Positions 23,991-38,519 of a stretch of 64,000 bases of DNA are shown here, in pieces. How positions within the stretch are numbered: position 1 is the stretch's first letter; each line of letters begins with the position of its first letter. Made by a program: the position numbers and the translations under genes. Below the pieces are notes generated by a model that searched no databases, was not told the DNA's origin, and saw nothing but the letters and a program-made list of their open reading frames with translations. This stretch comes from Octopus sinensis (lineage: Eukaryota). The stretch spans positions 105,214,001 to 105,278,000 of the forward strand of contig NC_043003.1 of NCBI RefSeq assembly GCF_006345805.1. Direction: 5' to 3'.

Positions 23991-26464
23991 ATTACTATTT
24001 TTATTCATCTCTTGCTGTAAACATAGATTCTGCAATTTGTCATGCTATGATCTCTCTCTCTTCCTCCTCCTTTCTTCCTCTCTCTCTTCTGAAGTTCTGC
24101 TGCTTCTTTGATTCTTATCAGAACTGCTTTGTGTTATAAAGGCTATTCTTAGCCTGCCTCTATCTTTGCTACACTGTTTCTATCTTTACCCACTTAGAGA
24201 TATATCATCCAGCTCTCTTTCAAACAGATCATATTGCTCCTTTTTTTCTCTTTTACTTTAGCTGACAAACAATTGATGATTCAGTGATGTTTTATTAGCT
24301 CTCATTATTTCTCTAATTGAACACATTCAGTTTGTTCACTACTTGTCTTATAGATCATGTGTATATATATATATATCTGATCTGAAGATCATAAAGTAGT
24401 TTTTCTGTCCATAAACCTCTTCTGACTCAGACAACAAGCTCAAAATGCAATGTTTTTCCAACTATTACAGAAAGCATCTCTTTTTAGATTATGGCAATTT
24501 GTCTTTAATTGTTTACTGGAAGAAGCACAGTATTCATATGTAATATAAGCACAACGCCTGGATCGGGAGGTGAGGGACAATTAATTCGATGGACCTTACT
24601 CCTTGGTTGATACTTAATTTTATTGACACCATAAAGGGAAAGTCAAAATGGATCCTCGGTGGATTCAAACTCATTGTTTTAACATTCACTTTTCCTTGCT
24701 GGTATGGGTCGGACAGAATTTGTTGAGGTAGATTTTCCACAGCTGGATGCCTTTCCTGTCACCAACTCACACCTGTTTCCAAGCAAGTCAGTATTGCCCC
24801 ATAGCCAGACATGTTTTTCATATTAGATTGGAACGAACAGCATCACTTGTATGACAGCAATGTTCATTTGCAGCCATCAAACGACAAGATAAGAGTACAC
24901 ACACACACATACACACCATGTGATGGGCTTCGTTCAGTTTCTGTCTACCAAAGGCGGTGAGCTGGCAAAAACATTAGCACACCAGGTGAAATGCTTAGCG
25001 GTATTTCATCTGTCTTTACATTCTGAGTTCAAATTCTGCCGAGGTTGACTTTGTCTTTCATCCTTTCGGGGTCGATAAATTAAGTACCAGTTGCGTACTG
25101 GGGTCGGGCTAATCGACTGCCCCCCACCCTCTCCAAAAATTTCAGGCCTTGTGTCTAAAGTAGAAAAGTTTCTGTCTACCAAATTCACTCACAAAGTTTT
25201 GGTTGACCTACAGCTTTAAGACATTTGCTCACAGTGCCACTCATTGAGACTGAACCCAAGATCACATGGTTGGGAAGCAAGGTTTTTAACCACACAGCCA
25301 TGCCCTTACAATTTTGCTGTACAATAATAATGTTCTACATGTGTGTTTGCGCACATGTATTTGCATGTTTGCACGTGTATATATGTGCATGTATGCATGC
25401 ATGTACATGTTTGTGTGTAGTCTGATATAAGGTCTGGAACAACCAAAGTGTCACTGCCATTCCTCCTCAGACAAATTAAAATATCTAGGAATGTTTTCAT
25501 TAGCCTATCGCTTGATAATTAGGTCTGCTTATATAGCAATACTGATTCTTTAATTACTTACTTGGTTGTTGAGCTGAACCCTACCTTTTTCTCTTAACAC
25601 TGGCCAAACTATCTCTTGTCACATATTGTTTATAGCCTGTAGGAGAGAGAGAGAGATTATGTATGACAATTAATTGCTGGAGAAGGGATTTAATTAAAAC
25701 TCTTGTCGTCATTGCCCACTGACCACAACAAAACAAATTATATCCTGTTTTCTATTTCAAACCTTTCACTGTAATTAATTTGCTAATTACTTGTGTTCTT
25801 TTCAAAGTTGTCCTTCGTGTTTTTATGTGTATATGACGGCTGTTCGTTTACTTTAGTTAACATTCCAAAATAGTATTTATCCCGCCTTCAATTGAGGTCA
25901 ATTCGTCGTTTATTACCAGAACATAAGGCATAAAAGCAACACTGCTTGATAGTTTTTCTTTCTTTTCTGATACAACTTACTGTTATATAACTGGAAGCGA
26001 AAACATTTCACACGTTGAAACAAAATCGTTCATATCAAATAATTTTATAGAAGTATTGTTTTTCCACTTCATCCCATTGTACTTTTCAAGAGTTATTGTA
26101 TCCAATATAATAACCTAGCTTGCCCGGGACAGATTGTGGGCACTCCTCCTTTTGGAAACATAACATCCTTATCAATTGAAATAGGTCAGTTTACATGCAG
26201 TCATACTGAAACATGCAGTTGTGTCTTTAAATGTGATTTCTGGCTCCCGTAAGTAAAAACAAAAAACGATTATTTTTTTTTTAAACTTCGTTTTTAATGT
26301 TTTAATTGTGTGTATATTATAATCAATGTTCAGTTTAATGTCAAAGCTTCCTTCAAGTAATCATATATATTTTCAGTGTTGATCTTTCAATTTTATTTAT
26401 CTTAAAACTATTTCGGGTTGGGTGAGAAAATAAGTTACATATTCTTTTCTCATGCGCCATGCAT

Positions 26465-26467
<3 letters not shown>

Positions 26468-26525
<58 letters not shown>
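26468..26525. repeat. (TA)n microsatellite
   Basis: Direct reading. One of many microsatellites, e.g. (TG/TA/GATG)n 2188-2310, (TA)n 5416-5445 and 36118-36165. Confidence 0.95.
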
Positions 26526-26528
<3 letters not shown>

Positions 26529-27630
26529 ATGTTTATTATTTTTTATGTCTGGTTATTTTTTTAAATTGTTTGACATTTCTTCAGTTTAGAAATGATCAAT
26601 ACTGTTGAATACATATTAAACGTTTACAAAATCAGCAGGCGGAAACTTCGGAGTCACTGTCACCTCTCTTATAAAATTACATTTCTCCCTTTTTAGAGTT
26701 TTATATAAATTGGAGAAAAAAAAAGTATTCTTTTAACAGAAAAATTATAGAATAATTATAGAGTCCCTCTATTAACCTCAGATCATTTTAATTGGGAAAA
26801 TTGTTGATATTGAAAAACTTTTTTTACATCCTTTTACTGTTATTTTAAAACCCTGTTGGGGTCAATTTCAGATCTTTTAAAAATTTCCCAATCACTTGCA
26901 TTAAATCAATTTTTTTCAACACGGATGTAGTTTTGCATTTTATTGATAAAAATCACATTCATTATTACAGTAAAACATTATTATTAATAATAATGATAAT
27001 AAAAAGATAGAAAAAAAATCATTTTCGTCGTTAGCATAGTAGAATGGTGGGAGTGGAGAACCTGAAAATTTGAAATCCTTCAAGTGGTTAGATGGGTTTT
27101 AAAAAGATCCTCGATTTCGTCTTTCGACACTTTCAGATCGATAAATTAAATATTATAGTGGAGAAGAGGACGTTGACGATTCTGCTGACTGATTGATCTT
27201 TCGTCTGAGAGAGAATACGTTTTTTTAAGAATTTCCCAAACTCACGAACAAACATTACCACCAGTTTCTTCAGACACTTTATTAATATTATTAATTTAAC
27301 TATCTATACGAGTTAATGTACTTGGGCTGTATTTAACCGCTCCTATCTCTTCGTTGAGAAGTTTTGACCCTGAACTAATGCAAAAGTCCATATATAACAG
27401 TGAATGTCATCACGGCTATAAACACACACACACACACTGTTTACAATTCTCGAGAATGACAAAGTTTATAGGAATATTCTACTCTGGGCACAAGGCCCTA
27501 AATTTTGGGGGCAGGGGCCAGTCGATCAGATCGACCCCAGTTGCAACTGGTACTTAAACCTTGAAGTGTTTAGTCGAACAAATCGTTCCCAGTACTCTTT
27601 GTTGAAAGTCTCTATTACTATTCTATCGGG

Positions 27631-27726
27631 GATGAAGGTAAAGAATACGCACACCACCCGCTTTCGACGTTTAGGTTCAGGGTTACGCCAAAAACGGGTG
27701 GTGTGCGTATTCTTTACCTTCACCTT
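27631..27726. mobile_element. 96-bp mini TIR insertion with 7-bp direct flanks inside a family B SINE
   Basis: Perfect 28-bp arms at 27633-27660 and 27695-27722. tatcggg at 27624-27630 and 27727-27733. Confidence 0.7.
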
Positions 27727-29595
27727 TATCGGGTACTTCTGCAGAACCGCTAAGCTACGGGGACATTAAAAGAAACCCCAAAAAACTGCACTGGTTATCA
27801 AGCGGTAGTGGAGAGCAAATACACACATACCACGGGATTCTAGTTTCCTTTTACTAAATTCTCTCATAAGGCCTGCTGTATAGTAGACGCTTGTGCAGGG
27901 AAGGTACTGCGCAGTGGGACTGAACCCGAAACCACATGGTTGTAAAGCGAGCTTCTTAACCACATAGCTATGCCCAAAAGTTTACTAAATGGAGTAAATT
28001 AAGAAAACAGTCGCATCCAAGGAAATCGGGTGTTTTACATTAGTAAAAAAAAAAAGCTTACAAATCGTCCAAACATTGGAATAAATGTTGTCTTTTGGCA
28101 GAACCTTTTTTTGCTGTGAAGAAGAAAAGTGTAACCTTTTTTTTGCAGAAGCCATCACGGCGATGTCCCACCGTGTCCTGTCTGAAACCTTAGCCCCTCC
28201 CTGCTCCCTCCCCCTGCTTCGCCTCCTCCTCACATCAAACACTATTTGCCACTACTGGCAGTAACATAACTAATTTGCGCCGCTCAAGGCAGTCTTTATG
28301 TCTTCCATCCCCACCTCTTATACATGCATATACAGCAGACCCCAAAAGTGCCGCCTGAAGGCGGATTGCACTTATTAACCAGACCTTATTCCTCCACTCC
28401 CTGCCTATGCGACCGGCCATCCATCACTAGTTTCTTGGATTCTGGTTTATAAAAGCAATATAAACATTCAAGAGGAGCTGACTGCTGGGTTTTGTACTCT
28501 CCGTCTATGTAGACATGTATTCTATTGCATACTGCCAATGTGCTTTACAATATACATCGTGTACAGAAGTGCAAACACTGTATTTGTTTTAGCTATTCTT
28601 ATTTACAGTATCCTTTACCTGTTTAAATGCAAGATACTCCATGTAGTCGTTCGACCTGCTAGAAATAACAGCCAAATCTCCAGATCACACTGGTGACCTC
28701 ACCAGTGGTGGGGCCATGAAAAACACACCCAGTACACCTCTAAGATGGATGGGATTAGGAAGGGCATCCAGGTGTAGAAACCATGCCAAACTTGACATTG
28801 GTGCCTGACACAGCTCTGCAATTTGTTAGTTCGTGTTGAACTGTTCAGCCCGTGCCTGCATGGAAAAGGAGACATCAAATGATGATGATGATATCTTGTG
28901 TATAAGCCATTTCCCCCTGCCCTGTTTCTTCAACAGGAAATATTCTAGAAGAAGTTTTAGGGAATTCAAGCATTTATTGAAATACATAGTTGATGGTATG
29001 ATAAGACTATGATAAAAATCAGTTTTTAAATAAACTACCAGTTGTAATGATAACAATGAGAATGTTAGAGTGAATAGTTTTACCATATGAAATTAAGCAA
29101 AGCTGGATAATACTGGTTTCCAGTTTGCCTTTTTGCAACTAATCTCAAGGTAAATCAAGTAAACGGCTTCTCAGGATAAACATTTACCTTCTGGAGACTT
29201 CATCAGCTCTGGTTTAGCCCGAATTGAGTAGACCTATTATGATTAAAGGTATTCCACCCTTAATCATTCCATGTTATTTTAACACAAACATCTAGAACTA
29301 TATTGTCTGCTGTAAGCTGCTTTTATTAAGACAGTAAATTGTAGTCTGGTGTTCATTTGGTTGCTATTTCTAACAAGTCAAGTGACCCATGTAGATGTTC
29401 CCTGGCTGGTTCATTCATGGGACTTTTTTTTTCTGCACAGGTGTGGCTGTGTGGTAAGAAACTTGCTTCCCAACCACATGATTCCGGGTTCAGTCCCATT
29501 GCATCTGCATGGCGCCTTGGGCAAGTGTCTTCTATAGCCTTGGATTGACCAAAACCTTGTGAGTGGATTTAGTGGACGGAAACCCAAAGAAGCCC

Positions 29596-29632
<37 letters not shown>

Positions 29633-29910
29633 TTCTGTGTTTGTCCCCTGACCATCGCTTGAGAACAGTTGTTTGTGTGTTTATGTCCCCATAACGTAGT
29701 GGTTTGGCAAAAATGACCGATAGAATAAATACTAAGCTTATAAAGAATGTCCTGTGGTCGATTTGTTCGACTTGGGGTGGTGCTCCAGCATGGCCACTGT
29801 CAAATGAGTGAAACAAGAGATAAAACAATATAAATATGGTATCAAAGATAATCTCTGCATCATTCTTATTTTAAAAAATTCCTACAAAACTTTGATAAAA
29901 ATCAGTTTTT

Positions 29911-30325
29911 CAGTTTTATATTTAAGAGATGAGGAATTATGTACATTATTTACATTTGATGGATATTTGTCCTCATCTTGTTTGTTGTTAACGTTTCGAC
30001 TTATATACCCTCCAGCCTTCATCGGGTGTCTTGGGGAAATTTTGAACCTGGGTCCTCATTCCCAAGGCATTTTCGATATTATTATTATTATTATTATTAT
30101 TCAGGTAGTTAGTAGCCCATGCTCTTAACCACTACCCCAAGATTCCAAGTTCAATTCCAGGCAGTGACCTGAATAATGATAATAATAATAACATTGAAAA
30201 ACACCTTAGGAATGAGAACCCAGGTTCGAAATTTCCCCAAGACACCTGATGAAGGCTGGAGGGTATATCAGCCAAAACATGTTAACAACAAACAAGATGA
30301 GGACAAATATCTGTCAAATGTAAAT
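29911..30325. mobile_element. Head-to-head pair of PLE pLTRs, both with mutated HHR cores
   Basis: Minus copy about 29911-30130 (core CCGATGA). Plus copy about 30130-30325 (GAAA changed to AAAA at about 30274). Confidence 0.75.
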
Positions 30326-31624
30326 CAGTTTTTAAATGAACTTTCACTAATGATAATAATAACAATGAAGAGACTTTCAAGTGAACAGTTTTACCATAAG
30401 CACAGGCCTTGCTGTGTGGTTAAGAAGCTTGCTTTGCAACCATATGGTTTCTGGTACAGTCCCACTGTGGAGCTCTTTGGGTGAGTGTCTTCTGCTATAG
30501 CCCTGGGTCAACCTGTACCTTGTGAGTGAACTTGCTCAAAGGAAATTGTGTAGAAACTTGCTATATGTGTGTGCTTGGCCCTATACTATTCCCCCACCAC
30601 TGTTTGGCAACCAGTGTTGGATTGTTTATACTCCTGTGACTTAGTGGTTCAGCAAAAGATACAGATAGAATAAGTATCATCATTTAATGTGCATTGTCCA
30701 TGCTGGCATGGGCTGAATGGTTTGACTGGAGCTGGCATGCTGGAAGCCTGCACCAGACTCCAGTCTGTTATGGCTGGATGCCCTTCCTAGCGCCAACCAC
30801 TCCAAGAGTGTAACGAGTGCTTTTACGTGCCACCGGCAGACTTTAAAAAAAGTACCATGAGTGATTTGTTCAGCTAAAATCTTTCAAGGCCTTGCTGCAG
30901 CATGGCCACAGTCCAATAACTGAAACAAGTAAAAGATAAAAGATAAAAGATATCTAACCACTCCAAAGTTATACACCACTGTTGTCATTCAAATTAGTTT
31001 GAGAAACTATAAAAGCTAGAAAGCTTTTGTGAATGATTGCTGTAAAAAGAAAGAAAAGAATCTGGTTTGAAAATGTTAATTACACAGTCCAGCTCTTAAA
31101 ATTTAAAAGTGCGTAACCCTGCTGAATACAAGTTATATTATGTTAAGTATTCTGCTGTTTATACTGAAACAAAAGAAATATTTTCTCATACGTGGCAGGA
31201 CATAAGTAAACAGTTCATTTCATTTTGTTCTACATTTATATCTACTGAATTCATTGTGTCATAAATGCTTTTTAATAAAAATTCGTTCTTGTTATCTTAA
31301 GAGCACTTGTATTCTGGATAAACAGAACTTTTATATTTTGTTTTGTCTGGGAGATCTACTGACAAATTACTACACACACAACTTCTTATGAAGTTAATCT
31401 TTTTGTTCTTTGTTTTGTCTTTTCCTTTTTAAACTCTTTCTAACACCAAACTCTTGAAGATTGTAGGCGCAGGAGTGGCTGTGTGGTAAGTAGCTTGCTT
31501 ACCAACCACATGGTTCCGGGTTCAGTCCCACTGCGTGGCATCTTGGGCAAGTGTCTTCTGCTATAGCCCCGGGCCGACCAATGCCTTGTGAGTGGATTTG
31601 GTAGACGGAAACTGTCATATATAT

Positions 31625-31660
<36 letters not shown>

Positions 31661-32732
31661 ATATGTTTGTGTGTCTGTGTTTGTCCCCCTAGCATTGCTT
31701 GACAACCGATGCTGGTGTGTTTAAGCCCCCGTCACTTAGCTGTGCGGCAAAGAGACTGATAGAATAAGTACTGGGCTTACAAAGAATAAGTCCCGGGGTC
31801 TGAAACAAGTAAAAGAAAAAAAGAAATCAAAATCTCGTACGATGTATAATATCATGTGATTTCTGTTGTTCAACTCTGACATGGTGTACCAGGGTATTAA
31901 AGTTGATCAGCAAAAATTTATTGCTTAGTCATTAGGGTGTTGCACTCATGATTGTAAAACCAGTTTCAATTTCCAGACAGGGCAATGCATTGTGTTCTTG
32001 AGCGAAACTCTTCATTTCTCATTGCTCCAGTTCACTCAGCTGTAAATGAGTTCAAACTATTGTTGATAAGTTCACCTTGTGACTGACAGGTATCTTGTTT
32101 AGAAGGCAGTGTTGTAATCTGTCACGCGCACACCTTGGAAACTGGGTTAAACTTGGCCTCATGAATCCTAAAGCTTGTGACAGACCGAAGTAAGTTGATG
32201 GTGGTGGTCATATTTTACTTTCCCCGTTCCTTTCTTCTTCAAAATTTTTGATTCAATTGAAACACTTACGCAATAATGCTTAATGCGCATGATTCTTGGC
32301 TGTGTGGTAAGTAGCCTGCTTACTAACCACATGGTTCTGGGTTCAATCCCACTGTGTGGCACTTTGGGCAAGTGTCTCTACTATAGGCCTTGTGAGTAGA
32401 ATTGGTAGGCGGAAACTGAAAGAAGCCCGTCATACATATGTATGTGTGTATGTATGTATGTCTGTATATGTCCCCCCAACATCGCTTGACAACCGATGCT
32501 GGTGTGTTTACGTCCCCGTAAGTTAGTGGTTCGACAAAAGAGACCAATAGAATAAGTACTAGGCTTACAAAGAATAAGTACTGGGGTTGATTTAATCGAC
32601 TAAAGGTGGTGCTCCAGCATGGCCACAGTCAAATGACTGAAACGAGTAAAAGAGTATATATATATATACCTGACGTATTCTGTTACTTATTTTGAGTGCA
32701 TTTCTGAATATAAACTTTTATTTATCTTTCAG

Positions 32733-32808
32733 ACAAGATATATTGGAAAAATTCCAGTTGTACAATGCTTTCTATGAAGGCAAACGAGGCTGCTTAAGTA
32801 TGGATCAA
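32733..32808 (+). CDS. RASSF2: RASSF2/4-like exon (x-QDILEKFQLYNAFYEGKRGCLSMDQ)
   Basis: Acceptor ttatctttcag, donor CAA|gtaagt, 76 nt, phase 2 to 0. Resembles the RASSF2/4 N-terminal ELLxxLKTYNxYxEG motif (recalled family knowledge). Confidence 0.85.
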
Positions 32809-33524
32809 GTAAGTGATACTCTTATCTACTTATTTTTAATCAAATGAAGGTTGACGGTCATTTTTTTTATATATATATATATATATCAGAATATTTTATT
32901 AGTTTCTTTTTAAGAAAGAAACAAAAGAGGATTAATGTGACGCGTCTTTTTATTAATTTTTTTTTTATAAATATCCTCAGAGCTATTTTTTATTGCTTCA
33001 TTGTTTGCCTCCTCTATCTAATTAATATCTCTAATTGGCAAAGGTGGTGAGCTGGCAGAGTTGTTAGCATTCTGGTGGCATTTTATCCTTCTTTATCTCC
33101 ACCAAGGTCGACTTTGTCTTTCATCCTTTAGGGATCAATAAAATAAGTACCAGTTGAGCACTAGGTGCAATACAGGCATGTGCTGTCAGTAATTACTCAG
33201 GGTAGGCAGTTGGTGACATTTATGTAGTAAAACACACAAAAAAAATAAGCAAAACATAGTCATGTGTAGGACATAAAGAAAATTGTGTAGTAGGAATGTA
33301 CGCAGCAGGTGTACAACAGCGGTATTATGTGTAGCTTTAATACTGGGATTGAAAGACAGGAGTGAATTACGCCTACCTGATCTATAAAAAAATAAAATAT
33401 TTTGCATTTTATGCATAGTAATCTGACTAACCTTCATAATTTTCTTGAATTAGGCGTATATTTTGCCATAAAAGGAAAATGTTGCTATCAATCTATTTTA
33501 TTGAAGGTAGACACTGCCTACCTT

Positions 33525-33576
33525 GCCTACCAAGGCAGAATGTCCCTGGTGCCTACCAAGGCAGAATGTCCCTGGT
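33525..33576. repeat. Exact 26-bp tandem duplication
   Basis: gcctaccaaggcagaatgtccctggt twice. Confidence 0.9.
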
Positions 33577-36111
33577 GCAATGTAATGGAGCTTTCCTCCT
33601 GCCCCAAACTCACTGGCCTTGTACCAAAATTTGAAGCCAATATTTTCTGATAGGAGAAATGACTTGGTTAATAGCATACATTCAGCAACACAAAATATAA
33701 TCAACTGCTATGGTTAAATAAATGCTAGTTTTAGTTAATATTTACTATTACTAAACCTTTCTGCTTCTAATTTCCATGTTTAGCTGCTGTGAAATGAAGC
33801 GTTTTGCCAAAACTACAGCTTTCTACTTAACATTCGTATTTTTCAATTGTATACTTATTTGTTTCTTTTCCTGATTGATTCAAAGTTGTTTCCATGATAC
33901 AAGGAATGCTTTAGCACAATTTGATCTATATTGTAAGAAAAAAAGAAAATTTGCTTTGCAACTCTGTTTCTAGGTTCAATTCTACTGCACAACACCTTGG
34001 GCAAGTGACTTGGGAGTGAGCCATTTTGGTACAGCCGTTTTGGCATCACTGATTCAATGCTGATTTTTATTTGATTTAATGTTCCTCTTGTTCTCTCTCT
34101 CTCTCTCTCTCTCTCCCCCCCCTCTCTCTCTCTCATATGTGTATATTTCTGTGCGCTTATGCATGTATGTGTTTGCTCCCCACAAAAAGTACTTTTGCTA
34201 AAATGGGTTGCATATCCACCCAGCCATGCCAAATCATCTGCACCCAATCGTCCCATTCTGAAGTGTCTTCTACCATATCCTCAGGTTGACTGATACTTTG
34301 CAATTGGAATTTGATAGATGGAAACTGTGGGGAAGTTGTGTGTGTGTGTGTGTTTGTGTGTATGTGAGAGAGAGAGATTCGCAGGCATATATTGAGGACG
34401 AAACAAAAACATTTGTTCTGTATCGTGCTAGACCCCACTCCCTTTGGTCCCCTCGCCATTAGAAATGCAATGAACCAGTGATTATGTTGTTATTGTTGGA
34501 ATGTAACCAACACCATTCTTGTCAACAAATTACATATGAAAGCCATTTTCAAACACTAGCATTAGGTAATTCTGAAAATTAGAATGGATTATTAACTAGA
34601 GCATGGAATTTTTCCAGTTAATTAATCTTTCATATATCAAGTATCCAATTCAGAGAATGATGCTTTTATTTATTTATGCTTTCTAGAGTGCTTAAGGCAA
34701 GTAAATTATTTTACCCCTGGACTTGTAATAATTCCAATAATATGGTTTGTCCAGTTTCAGTGATAGCCATGTCTGATTATTGACCATAAACAAATTACCA
34801 AGCGTTTGTGTGTGAGAGAGATCAGCAAATAACTTATAGTTACAGTTGGCTAATAGTGTGTGTTTGTTGTATCTGGGCAATTTCACTCCACACATCCCAC
34901 TCACTGCTGTCGTTTTCTTCCCGAGCCCTAGGACTCATAGAACCAGTTAGCCAGTTTCTATGGCATGTAAGTGACTAAGATCACAACATTCCCCCTGAAC
35001 CGAATGCCAGTCCATTGCAGGGTCCAAGGTCAGCAAGTTTGAAGGGAGAGGACAACTTCAACCCTAGTACTTGACTGGTATATATTTTATCGACCCTTAA
35101 AGGATGAAAGGCAAAGTTGATTTAGGTGAGATTTGAACTCAGAATGTCAAAATGAAGCATTCTGTCTGACTTGTTAACAATTCTGTCGGTTCCCTGCTTT
35201 TGAGAAAACTAAAATAATTTTCCACCATTTCTTTGCCATTTCCTGTTTGCTTGACATGATCAATAGTTTAATATAAAAATCAGACAAAATCAGTTTGAAA
35301 TTAGTTATTCCAACATCAGGTGCTCTTGATAAACACGACAGAAGTTTTTGTTCTGTTTTCTTTTCCCTCCCTCCAGTATATCTGCTCCTCCTAATCTTTG
35401 ATTGTAATGGTTTCATTGAATTCTTGTCTGTTAATTAGAATTTTAATTTTTATGAATTGTGTTGTCTTTCTATGGTTGGATGATGACAGGAAACCTAACC
35501 TAGACTTATTTTCCAACAGAGGCAATTACTGGGGCAGAATTTCATTTAGATTTAGACTGCAGGCAGCATGTCTGTAGGATAGTGTGGTAATAAATACGAA
35601 ATAAGAGACAGACTTGGAAGTTGTGAAAGAAAATAGTTAGCAGGGGGTTGAAAGGCTAAACTGAAAAAATTAGGTGTATGTTTTTCCTTTGCCAGATGTT
35701 TCAATATGTATGTATGAAAAATTTGATGAGGCATGTCTGTAGGAAAAGGTATTTGTTAGTAACACAAGTTAAATACATTTAATTGAACTTTTCTTTGGTG
35801 GTGCGTGGGTGTTGAGTTTTCTGTTGTGGTTTTCTGTGTAAGGGGACGCAGCAGTGACAGGAAAAGAAATATTGGAGATGAGGGAATTACAGAGATGTGA
35901 AATGATAGAGATTTGTGGAGAGATACTACTACTACTAAGGGAGAAAGGCAAATGTTAAGCTGGTAATGATTGGTAGCTACACTGAAGTGAAATTAATCTG
36001 GTTAAACTCTTTCACAGACATGACATAGCATGTTTAATCAGTATTTTATCAGTTTATCTATAAGATATATTATGACAGTCATATAAATAGTAAGACCAGA
36101 AATTTATATAG

Positions 36112-36151
<40 letters not shown>

Positions 36152-37879
36152 TATATATATATTTATATGATAATGTTATTGAATATTAAATTAAAGTGAG
36201 GTTTGAAGTATTTTTAATGGGAAACTATTCAACTGCTAATTTTCATGTTTAATTAGCCTTATGTTGTCATCATTTAAATGTTGTCTTGGAAGGAATGGGG
36301 GGAATTCTCACATCTACTTTTTAAGGTTTCATTCTGCTCTTTTGATTTGAGAGCATAGCGCTAATGTTCAGTTGGATTAGTCTTCATAGCTTGCAAAAAT
36401 TTACATACTTCTTGTAAACTCTATCTTAAGATTTAGCTACCTTTGTGAATGGTTCAATAGAATAAAGGCCAAGCTGCTTAGATGACTGATGAATAAATAC
36501 ATCAATTACATTGCTTGATGGAAATTCTCAAACTGCTCAAAAGCCAACTTCTTAACCATATTACCATGTCTATAGAAGCCAATTAACTTCACTCTAGCTT
36601 CTAAATAGAAACATATTCTATAATCATTCTGTTTTTTTTTTCTCTCTTCTTAAATTTTTTCTTACCATTCTTCATATATAAAGGTGTGTGGCCTAGTAGT
36701 GGTTACGCTGTTGCACTCACTATCTCCAGATCATGGGTTCAATTCTCAGATTGGGTGGCATGTTGTGTTCTTGAGCAAAACACTTCATGTTGATCTAGTG
36801 TTGTGTGGGGACCAGCATGTCAAAGAACAGACCCATTGTTTCCTCTGTGTGTCGTAAAACAGGGCAACTAAAAGAGGTTAGGTAGGGTTTGTACTCCAAC
36901 CTTGTAAAACCCTCACCAGCAATGACTACCTAAACACCCATGGCTTAGAGAGTTGTCAACCGAGTGGGGCAAAGGCATCATCTGCCAGGGGTAGGGAATC
37001 ATCAATAAATGGTGGATGCAGTGATGCACCGTTACTGCATATACCCTACTACTGCTGCTACTACTACTACTACTACCTATTTAGCTGTTACAATGATTAT
37101 ATTCATTTGTTTACTTTTTAATTGTAAATAAGTATTATAACTGAGTATTTTGCGGCCTGAAGTTACAACCCTGCCTGTTTCATTGACCAATTCCATTAGC
37201 AAAGTCATTTTTTTTCTCTTTGAGTAGTTGTCAAATGTGGAAAGCCTGTGGCCTAGTTGTTAAGGCATCATACTTGTGATTGCATGATCATCATCATCGT
37301 TTAACGTTTCCAATTCCTGGACTAGGTACTGCACTGTGTTCCTGAGCAAAACACTTTATTTGATGAGGTTTCAGTTCACTCGGCTGTGAGTGAGTAACCC
37401 TGTGATGGACTAGCATCCCATCCAGGTTGAGTCTTGTGATCTTGGTCACTTATATATTATGGAAACCAGGTAACTGGCCCTAAGAGTCTGAGGGCTTGAA
37501 ATGATATTACTTGAGATGTTTTTTTCTTACTCATTACAGCAGAGTGGGATTAGCATTTAACTATTATTTCTAGAAGATCAAATAACCACATAGAGGCTTG
37601 TTGAGCAGAGCAAAGTAGAGGCAATCTATTGGCAAAATGAACTCCCAACTTGGTTTCAATTTCTGGTTTGTTTTAGATTTGCATGGCTTCATCCAGGTCT
37701 CTACATAAAAATTGCAGAAATGCTACACTTGTTCATTTTTCCTCTTAAATCTGAACATGTGTAGCTACTTAAAAATTAGTCATATCAATTTTGTATTCTA
37801 GTTAGCTCTCTAAATATGGTCTTTACTGAGAAGCAGATAAAGTCAGTAGAATAGGCTGGAAGAAATCCTGATAAACTAA

Positions 37880-38360
37880 CTATACCATTTACCCCGCACC
37901 CATCTGATTACTGCTGTTAACTATGGTCACTCCACAGTGTCAAATTAATACTGGAACTTGATGCAATTCAATGGTGCTACACCAAGAAGATTGCATTAAT
38001 GCGACAGTTGAGCTTCTGGGAGAGGCTGAAAGAATTATGACTCTACTCTCTCAAGTGTAGTTGGGAAAGATATCTAGTGATGTACATATGGAAGATCCTG
38101 GAGGGTTTGGTACCGAACTTTAGCATCAAGAGTTACACGCCTCGCTTCCAGCAGGTTGCTAAGGGTTCTGACTACCTTGTACAAAGTAAGAAGGAACAGG
38201 TATTCCAATAGTTTGAGATCCAAAGGCCCATTGCAGTTTAATATATTGTCATAAAACCTGAGGTATCTACATTCAGTGGAGGTAGGTGTTTTCAAGTAAC
38301 ATCTTGACTTCTGCTATCCAAGATTCCAGATGAGTCTATATCACCACAAGAGACCAACAA
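37880..38360 (+). mobile_element. Degraded CR1/L2/Jockey-group LINE RT C-terminal fragment
   Basis: Translation with stops: HLDYCC*LWSLHSVKLILELDAIQ...YTKKIALMRQLSFWERLKEL*LYSL...ERYLVMYIWKILEGLVPNF. This is a typical post-RT motif set. Confidence 0.75.
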
Positions 38361-38519
38361 TATCGGACTCCTTTATTCATCAAAAGCCAACCACATGAGA
38401 ATGGATATTGAAAAGATGATCATAATGGTGGTTCCCCAGCATAGTCACGGCCATTGAACTGGAATGCATACAGGAAAAAAAAATGACAATTCAAAGGTTT
38501 TTGTGGGATTCACATCTGC

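Noticed and set aside
26160-26254. Good donor CCC|gtaagt as an alternative RASSF first exon
   Set aside because: No in-frame ATG was found upstream in the phase-2 frame.
36820-36900. Possible HDV-like ribozyme at an RTE-like 5' leader (gtgtcgtaaaa...caactaaaagagg)
   Set aside because: The nested P1/P2/P3 pseudoknot could not be built by eye; a descriptor search would be needed.
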